In this document: positions 58,186 to 64,000 of the stretch, piece after piece
Layout of the letters: every line of letters starts with the position of its first letter
How positions within the stretch are numbered: the stretch's first letter is position 1
DNA from: Candidatus Aminicenantes bacterium
GTDB lineage: Bacteria > Acidobacteriota > Aminicenantia > Aminicenantales > Saccharicenantaceae
NCBI GenBank assembly: GCA_963725825.1
Contig: CAVSAI010000020.1
Span: 26,995 to 90,994, forward strand
DNA: 64,000 nt
Direction: 5' to 3'
Translations under genes and position numbers: made by a program
The notes under the pieces: generated by a model
The model's input: the letters and a program-made list of their open reading frames with translations, nothing else
The model's database searches: none
What the model was told of the DNA's origin: nothing

Positions 58186-60402
58186 ATGAAAAGAACCATC
58201 TTGGCCATCACCTCGGCGGCGGCGATCTTGGGGATGGGCGCTCTTCAGGTCGGGGCCCAGGACGAAAAGAAAGGCGATCCGATCGTGATCAAGGGCGGCG
58301 TCACGGCCGGCGTCCAGGCCGTCGGCGAGACCGCCCGGTCCTCCAAGTTCTACGAGTACCGCGACGTTCCCCGGGGCCTCTTCGCCCCGTTCCTGACCCT
58401 GGACGTCAGAAAAGGCAGCCGCTTTGTCCGCGTCGACGCGGAAAATATCGGCCAAGCCGATCAGCGCCTGCTGGCCGGGCTCGGCGACCGGGGGACCTTC
58501 AAGCTCGACCTGGGCTATGACCAGATCCCCCACCGCTTCAGCTTTTTTGGGGCCACGCCCTATGTCCAGCCGTCCCCGGGCGTCTTCACGTTGAACGACG
58601 TCATCCGGTCCGCGGCCGAGGCCCTTGTCCCGAGCGGAACGAGCACCAACATCGCCGCCGCGCGGGACCTCGTCTCGAGCTTCCTCACGAGCGCCGCCCC
58701 CATCGGCCTCGGGCTCGAGAGACGCGCGGCGACGGCCGATCTCACTTACACGCCGAGCGTGCCCTTCAGCTTCAACGCCGCGGTGAGCCACGAGACGAGG
58801 ACGGGGACCCGGCCGTTCGGGGCGTCTCTCGGCTTCAGCGACGCGATCGAGCTCCCCGAGCCCATCCGTCACCAGACCACCAACCTGGACACGAGCCTCG
58901 AGTACCATCGCCGGCAGGTCACGCTGCGGGCCGGGGTCGCCGCGTCCTTTTTCGACAACGACGTCCAGACCCTGACCTGGGACAATCCCTATCGCATCAC
59001 GGACTCGACCTACGGCTCGGCTTACGTCGCCGGCAACGGGACCGCCCACGGCCGGACGGCCCTGTGGCCGTCCAACGACGCTGTGAGGTTCTCCCTTTCC
59101 GGGACCTACAAGCCGCGGCCCGGAACACGGTTGTCCGCGTCCGTCTCCTACGGCGCCTTCAGCCAGAACCAGAAGCTCCTGCCCTTCACGATCAACACAG
59201 CCATCCCCGCCTCCGACCCGAACGCTGTGGACGCCCTGTCCGCCCCCCGGGAGACGGCCATGGCCAAGGCGCACATCGGCTCGCTGGACCTGACGCTGAG
59301 CTCCAGGCTGATGAGATCCGTCTATCTGACGGCGGGTTTCCGCTATTACGATTTCGCCGACAGGACCGAGGCGCTCGACATCCCGACGGGCTACGCCCGG
59401 GTCGATCAGGTCTGGGAAGACATCCCGGTCGCCATCGAGCCCTACTCCTTCAGCCGGGCCCGGCTTTTCGGCGACGTGTCCGTCAACCTGAGCAAGGACA
59501 CCACCCTCAAGGTCGGCTATTCCGTTTTCAACGTCCGCCGGCATGAAGGCGCGGCCTCGGCGGAAGCGGACAGGTCCGACGAAGGCGCCTTCAAGGCGTC
59601 CATCGACAGCCACCCGTGGGATTGGCTGACGCTCCGCGCGAGCTTCCTCGATGCCCGGAGACGCTGGTCCCTCGACGACACGTTCGTGGCCTACATCCCG
59701 GGCTTCAATTTCAAGCGCTATTTCGAGGCCAGCCGGGACCGCCAGGCCGTCGATGTCCTCGTCGGTCTGAGCCCGGTCGACAGCCTCGAGATCGACCTGA
59801 CCTACGCCCTCGGGCGCGACAATTACCCCAAGTCCTCTTACGGGCTGACCCGGGACGACTTCGACATGTACGGCCTCGACGTCAGCTACGCCTTCTCCAA
59901 GAAACAGACGGTCTACGCCTTCTTCTCCCACGAGCAGTACGACTCCGGCCAGGCGGACCGGCAGAGCGGCGCGGACTTTTCGACCAATCCCCAGGACGAT
60001 TGGACGGCGAATCTGAAGGACTCCGTGAACACGCTCGGCGCCGGCCAGACGATCGGGCTCGTCGCCGGCAAGCTCGATCTCGATCTCTCGGGATCCTACG
60101 CCAGGGCTCACGGGACCTCCTTCCTCTTCTCGCCGCCGGGAGGGGCCCCGGACCTGGCCGCCAATTTCGATGCCCCCCTCGATACGACGACCTGGTGGAC
60201 GGTCCGGTCCTCGTTCAAGTGGAAAGTGACGGAGAGGCTCGGCGTCGTCTTCGCCTACTGGTATGAGCAGTACGGCCTCAAGGACATCGTTCGCAACGAC
60301 GTCGCCGTGGACTATGCGTCCGCCGGGGCCATTTTCCTCGGGGCCCTCGAGCCGGGCTACAAGTACCACGTCGGCTCGGTGAGGTTCGTTTACAGCTGGT
60401 GA
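58186..60402 (+). CDS. mtrB: MtrB/PioB family outer membrane beta-barrel
   Basis: SKFYEYRD, ELPEPI, LTWDNP, LWPSN, terminal YSW; directly follows the decaheme gene. Confidence 0.92.
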   Translation: MKRTILAITSAAAILGMGALQVGAQDEKKGDPIVIKGGVTAGVQAVGETARSSKFYEYRDVPRGLFAPFLTLDVRKGSRFVRVDAENIGQADQRLLAGLGDRGTFKLDLGYDQIPHRFSFFGATPYVQPSPGVFTLNDVIRSAAEALVPSGTSTNIAAARDLVSSFLTSAAPIGLGLERRAATADLTYTPSVPFSFNAAVSHETRTGTRPFGASLGFSDAIELPEPIRHQTTNLDTSLEYHRRQVTLRAGVAASFFDNDVQTLTWDNPYRITDSTYGSAYVAGNGTAHGRTALWPSNDAVRFSLSGTYKPRPGTRLSASVSYGAFSQNQKLLPFTINTAIPASDPNAVDALSAPRETAMAKAHIGSLDLTLSSRLMRSVYLTAGFRYYDFADRTEALDIPTGYARVDQVWEDIPVAIEPYSFSRARLFGDVSVNLSKDTTLKVGYSVFNVRRHEGAASAEADRSDEGAFKASIDSHPWDWLTLRASFLDARRRWSLDDTFVAYIPGFNFKRYFEASRDRQAVDVLVGLSPVDSLEIDLTYALGRDNYPKSSYGLTRDDFDMYGLDVSYAFSKKQTVYAFFSHEQYDSGQADRQSGADFSTNPQDDWTANLKDSVNTLGAGQTIGLVAGKLDLDLSGSYARAHGTSFLFSPPGGAPDLAANFDAPLDTTTWWTVRSSFKWKVTERLGVVFAYWYEQYGLKDIVRNDVAVDYASAGAIFLGALEPGYKYHVGSVRFVYSW

Positions 60403-61184
60403 GGCCGGCGGTCCCTTTCCCTCGCGGCCAGGATCTTCCGGTACTCGAGGGGGTGAAGCGTCTTCAGCTGGTGCCCGGTGATCTTGCCGTCGAGCCAGAT
60501 CCGGCTCATCGGGAAGACCTCGGGATTGAGGTGGACGTTGTACATGTGCCAGATGATGATGGCCAGGAAGGCCAGCATGGCCTCGTAGCCGTGGATGATG
60601 ACGAAGGTGTCGTGGAGCCAGAGCGGGAAGAGGCTGAGGGACAGCTCGACGTTCCACATGAAGAAGCCCGAGAAGATCATGACCAGCGAGCCCCAAGCGA
60701 CGGCCAGGTATTCGAGCTTCTCGATGAAGTTGTACCGGCCGTACTCCGGCGGCCGCTCGAACTTCCAGAACGGGTGACGGTCGAAAGACCGCCTCAGGAC
60801 CCCCTTCCGGTAAAGCCAGCCCGAGAGGCCGACGTTGTAGCCGAACAGGGCCAGGGCGTCGAGGGCGTCCTTGCGGCGAGGCAGGAGCTCGCGGAAGTTC
60901 CCCCGGCCCCGGCGCGTGAAGAGGGTATAGCCGAAGTGCCAGACGATGTCGGCGATGAGAAGAAGCGCGGCGGCCCGGTGGATGACGCCGCGGTAATAGA
61001 AGACGCGGCCGAACGAAAAGACGGCCTTGAAGAGCCGCATCTCATAGAACATCAGCGGCAGCCCGGTGACGACGAGGAGGGTGAAGGAGACGATGAGCAG
61101 GACGTGCTGGAGCCGCTCGACCCGGTTCATCCGCAGAAAGATCTCGTCGTCGCGGATGAGGCCGCGTCCGTTCAGCGCGTCCAT
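60390..61184 (-). CDS. Cytochrome b subunit (FdnI/CbcL-like)
   Basis: RLQH..VTGLP, IHRAAA, RYNFIEKLEY, IIHGYEA..IWHMY heme b ligands. Confidence 0.9.
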   Translation of the reverse strand: MDALNGRGLIRDDEIFLRMNRVERLQHVLLIVSFTLLVVTGLPLMFYEMRLFKAVFSFGRVFYYRGVIHRAAALLLIADIVWHFGYTLFTRRGRGNFRELLPRRKDALDALALFGYNVGLSGWLYRKGVLRRSFDRHPFWKFERPPEYGRYNFIEKLEYLAVAWGSLVMIFSGFFMWNVELSLSLFPLWLHDTFVIIHGYEAMLAFLAIIIWHMYNVHLNPEVFPMSRIWLDGKITGHQLKTLHPLEYRKILAARERDRRPHQL

Positions 61185-62407
61185 CGGCCCCTCAGGCGTC
61201 GATAGAGGTCGGCGGCGATGAACGCCAGGAAGATCGAGATGAGCCCGCCGATAACGACGAGATAGACGACCTTGACGGTGTAGGCCCAGCGGTTCTCGGC
61301 CCGCACCGAGACGACGTGGACGCGGCCCTTGGAGAAATTGGCCCCGGCGCCGGGGTGGCAGGTCCCGCAGGTCGCGGCCAGGTTGGCCGGATTGATGGAC
61401 GAGCGCGGGTCGGTCGAAGGGCGGATGTCGTGGTGCCCGTGACAGCTGGCGCAGTTGGCGACGCGGGTCTCGCCGGATTTCGAGGCCATGCCGTGGTAGG
61501 ACGCGGCGTAGGTCTTGAGCCGCGACGTCAACAGCCCGTATTGCCGGGCCAGGCCCTCGTTATCGTGGCAGCGGGCGCAGACGGCGGCCACCTTCGTCGC
61601 GTAGACGAGGGAGCCGAGGTCGGCCGGCGAACGGATGTCGTGCTCGGCGTGGCAGTCCGTGCAGACCGGCACGTCGCGGCTGCCCTTGACATAGGCTTTC
61701 CCGTGGACGCCCTCGAGATAGTCGCGCTCGATCCCGGCGTGGCAGGCGCCGCAGGTCTTGATGATGTTCGGCCGGGCGACTTTGGACCGGGTGTCGTCCA
61801 CGGGCCGGACGTCATGCCCGCCGTGACAGCTGACGCAGGTCGCGGCGGAGCTCAGGCCGGCCTTCGACAGGGCCCGGTAATGGACGCTCTGGAGATACTG
61901 TCCGACGAATCCGGGCCCGCGCTCGGCCGGGACCCGGCCGAGATGGCAGGCCGTGCACGTTTCCGGGATGTTGAGGGGGAACGTCCGCGAATCCGGGTCC
62001 TCGCCCGACCGGATCTCGTGCGTTCCGTGACAGTCCTTGCACTGGACGGCGGAAGGCGTCGGCCCGCCCTCGGCCCCGCTGTGGGCGCTCGCGCCGACCG
62101 CGGCCGCCTCATCCCGATGGCAGGAGGCGCAGGCGACGGGCTTGAGCTTCTCCGCGTGCGGAAAATCGGAGACCTTGGCCAGGTCGGCGTGACAGTCGAC
62201 GCAAGAGATCCCGGCCGAGCCGTGGATCGACGCGGCGAACCTGGCGCCGTCGACGAACAGGGACCGCCCCTGGCTTTTCAGGCCGGAATCGCTGTGACAG
62301 GCGAGACAATCGTCGTCCGAAGGCCGGGCCGCGAGCGGCGCGACCGCGGCGAGGAAGGCCAGGGCCGCCGGCAGGGCGAGCCGGGCAAAGAGGCCGGGCC
62401 CGCTCAT
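61172..62407 (-). CDS. Membrane-anchored multiheme cytochrome c (11 CxxCH)
   Basis: Signal peptide, 11 CxxCH, C-terminal TM. Confidence 0.93.
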   Translation of the reverse strand: MSGPGLFARLALPAALAFLAAVAPLAARPSDDDCLACHSDSGLKSQGRSLFVDGARFAASIHGSAGISCVDCHADLAKVSDFPHAEKLKPVACASCHRDEAAAVGASAHSGAEGGPTPSAVQCKDCHGTHEIRSGEDPDSRTFPLNIPETCTACHLGRVPAERGPGFVGQYLQSVHYRALSKAGLSSAATCVSCHGGHDVRPVDDTRSKVARPNIIKTCGACHAGIERDYLEGVHGKAYVKGSRDVPVCTDCHAEHDIRSPADLGSLVYATKVAAVCARCHDNEGLARQYGLLTSRLKTYAASYHGMASKSGETRVANCASCHGHHDIRPSTDPRSSINPANLAATCGTCHPGAGANFSKGRVHVVSVRAENRWAYTVKVVYLVVIGGLISIFLAFIAADLYRRLRGRWTR

Positions 62408-63642
62408 GGGCCCCCGCGTCCCCGGACCCTGCGGATCAGGGATGGGAGGAGGTAGAGGAAGCTCAGGGCCGTCAGGATAAAGACGACCCAGAGCAGCGCC
62501 TTCCGGACGTAGTAGGGGGCTCCGGAGCTCGGACGCCCGTAGTCCCTGTGGATCCTCGTCCCGGCGATCTTGGCGGTCATGGCCGGATGGCAGGACGTCT
62601 GGCCGCAGGTCTGCCGCAGGTTGGCCGGGAAGACCTTCGACCCCGGGTCGGAGGCCGGCCGGATGTCATGAACGCCGTGGCAATCGACGCATGTGGCCTC
62701 GGCCGTCCCGCCCATGCCGATGGCGATGCCGTGGAAGCTGTCGATGAAGGTCGCGATCCGGTCCTCGGGCACGCCGTACTTGCGCATGATCTCGGGCCGG
62801 GCGTGGCAGGCGGAACACGTGTCGGGGATGCGCCCTTTGGCCGTCGGGGATCCCGGCGAAGCCGCCGGGGCGACGGCGTGCTCGCCGTGGCAATCCACGC
62901 AAAGCGGGACGTCGGGGTTGCCCTTGAGGGCCTCGCGGCCGTGAATGCTGAGGGCGTACTCTTCGAGAGCGCGCGAGTGGCACTTGCCGCAGGTGGCCGG
63001 CTCCTTGGCCGGAAGCCGCGATGCGCCGGCGCCCTGGATATCGTGGGCGCCGTGGCAGTCGGTGCATACGGCCGCGAACTCGGTCCCGCCCGGGCCGGGC
63101 AGGCTGCGGCCGTGGACGCTGCGGCTGTATTCGCGATACGGCGATTCGGCGTGGATGTTGTATTTCACGACGACGGCCATGTCCTCATGGCAGCGGGAGC
63201 AGGTCATGGGGATGTTGCGGCGGTTGACCAATGAGCCGGGGTCGGCGATCGGCTTGATGATATGACGGCCGTGACAATCCCAGCAGCGGGCCACCTCCGG
63301 CTCATGACGCTCGAGATAGGCCCGGCCGTGAACGCTGTCGGGGTATGAGGCCGGCCCCGCGCCGGGGCGTGAACCGGAGGGCGCCAGATGGCAGGAGGCC
63401 CCGCAGGTGGGCGGAGGCAGGTCCTTTTTGGCCTGGTGGGGCGGAGTCCCCGGTCGCGCGATGAGCCCCGTGTGGCAATCCGCGCAGGCGAGCGACGCGT
63501 GGACCGCGCCGTTCAGCGAGATGTCCTGATGGCATTCAAGGCAGGCTCGCGAACCGGCCCCGGTCTTATTCTGGGACGGGAAAGCGGCCGAGACCCCGGC
63601 CGTGGCGAACAAGATAACGATCGCGAGCTGTCGTAGATTCAA
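62404..63642 (-). CDS. Membrane-anchored multiheme cytochrome c (9 CxxCH + CX3CH + CX4CH)
   Basis: TTG start, signal peptide, heme motifs including CGASCH and CGQTSCH, C-terminal TM. Confidence 0.92.
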   Translation of the reverse strand: MNLRQLAIVILFATAGVSAAFPSQNKTGAGSRACLECHQDISLNGAVHASLACADCHTGLIARPGTPPHQAKKDLPPPTCGASCHLAPSGSRPGAGPASYPDSVHGRAYLERHEPEVARCWDCHGRHIIKPIADPGSLVNRRNIPMTCSRCHEDMAVVVKYNIHAESPYREYSRSVHGRSLPGPGGTEFAAVCTDCHGAHDIQGAGASRLPAKEPATCGKCHSRALEEYALSIHGREALKGNPDVPLCVDCHGEHAVAPAASPGSPTAKGRIPDTCSACHARPEIMRKYGVPEDRIATFIDSFHGIAIGMGGTAEATCVDCHGVHDIRPASDPGSKVFPANLRQTCGQTSCHPAMTAKIAGTRIHRDYGRPSSGAPYYVRKALLWVVFILTALSFLYLLPSLIRRVRGRGGP

Positions 63643-63679
63643 GACTCAAAACCGTCTGGCCCGGCGGGATGGCCTGAGT

Positions 63680-64000
63680 CTACTTGGCCGGAACGGGATG
63701 CTTGATCTTATCCCACGCGGAAGCGAAATCGAACTTGATGCCGTGGGGGTTCTCATGGCACTTCAGGCACTGCGCTTTGATGGCCTCCGGGCTGCCGTAG
63801 AGGACGAGCCCGTTCTTCACGGCCTCGGCCTTGTCCTTCATGATATTCAGCTTCCTGTACGCGCTCCCGGGTCCGTGGCAGGTCTCGCAAGAGACCCCCT
63901 CGGCTTTGAGCTCGGGCGCCTTCTCGGCGAGAGGCGCGTGACACTTGAGGCAGCGCGCGTCCTCAGCCGGCTTGTCGACGCCCATGGCCTTGGCGGCGTC
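63680..64000 (-). CDS. Cytochrome c554-like small multiheme cytochrome, 5' end outside the window
   Basis: CLKCH, GVSCETCHGPGS, CLKCH; frame is open to position 64000. Confidence 0.88.
   Translation of the reverse strand, partial: DAAKAMGVDKPAEDARCLKCHAPLAEKAPELKAEGVSCETCHGPGSAYRKLNIMKDKAEAVKNGLVLYGSPEAIKAQCLKCHENPHGIKFDFASAWDKIKHPVPAK

Overview
A 64 kb, high-GC, gene-dense bacterial chromosome segment. The gene content (many secreted peptidases, an expanded set of TonB C-terminal-domain proteins, URO-D-family and corrinoid proteins, multiheme cytochromes) suggests an anaerobic diderm, plausibly Ca. Aminicenantes/Acidobacteriota; this is inference. About 52 protein genes are recognisable. 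I found no rRNA, tRNA, CRISPR array, phage or transposase. Seven genes between 15.6 and 29 kb carry single-base frameshifts that look like assembly errors. Main points of interest: (1) three TonB_C proteins wired to signalling modules instead of transport genes: a pseudo-receiver-TonB fusion, an ECF sigma/anti-sigma/triple-TonB_C operon, and an ECF sigma followed by a zf-HC2 anti-sigma fused in frame to TonB_C that keeps an internal SD and start codon; (2) an MtrA/MtrB porin-cytochrome pair converging on a CbcL-like cytochrome b and multiheme operon with at least 35 heme-binding motifs in total; (3) a consensus sigma70 promoter driving an ORF-less, roughly 115 nt hairpin RNA with anti-Shine-Dalgarno-like loops; (4) long imperfect palindromes of about 120-340 bp in most of the larger intergenic gaps.
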